From assembly GCA_902802945.1 (NCBI GenBank), contig CADCOC010000030.1:2533-66532 (forward strand): a stretch of DNA of 64,000 bases, given 5' to 3'. The notes under the pieces are model-generated. The model searched no databases and was not told where the DNA came from. It worked only from the letters and a program-made list of their open reading frames with translations. Origin of the DNA: an uncultured bacterium. GTDB lineage: Bacteria; Verrucomicrobiota; Kiritimatiellia; RFP12; UBA1067. The position numbers and the translations under genes were made by a program. Shown piece after piece: positions 63,925-64,000 of the stretch; position 1 is the first letter of the stretch, and every line of letters starts with the position of its first letter.

Positions 63925-64000
63925 TTTCTTAATTCCTCCGTAGTTGGAGCTTTTGAGAACTGTCCGCCCAGAGAGAGAACCTTGACTGCTGGCGGGATGA

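Overview
This is a high-GC bacterial chromosomal segment. A PVC-group (Lentisphaerota, Kiritimatiellota or Verrucomicrobiota-like) polysaccharide degrader is my guess from gene content only. I found no rRNA, tRNA or CRISPR by eye. From left to right the window holds: (1) a minus-strand unit of a 1552-aa LamG/beta-strand-repeat protein, a minimal secretin and a TPR protein that runs off the window start. (2) A visibly more AT-rich glycan island of about 20 kb (8.9-28.4 kb). It encodes CDP-3,6-dideoxyhexose genes (rfbF, rfbG, rfbH) with two alternative tailoring branches: rfbS/rfbE for paratose/tyvelose, and a YerE-like TPP enzyme plus reductase for a branched sugar. It also encodes gmd/fcl, a GT10 fucosyltransferase, four more glycosyltransferases and two secreted LamG paralogues. 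A VapBC pair, a GxxExxY nuclease-family gene and an antitoxin-like fragment are interspersed. (3) Housekeeping and degradative genes: dapB, tricorn-like S41 protease, Gfo/Idh/MocA, GH89-like, ettA, a frameshifted BspA-like LRR protein, rsmB, a GldA/F/G-like ABC operon with DUF4340, an NYN nuclease, an acyl-ACP thioesterase, a Tat-SOD and a GH43-like/GH78 fusion. (4) An IS200/RAYT-like Y1 transposase gene whose own reading frame carries REP-like hairpins. The most unusual theme is the repeats. Several families of short-period (7-nt and 9-nt) degenerate arrays and hairpins fill the spacers between co-directional genes, and several sit in-frame inside CDSs. All coordinates and functions come from manual reading of the ORF track and sequence. 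No database search was run.
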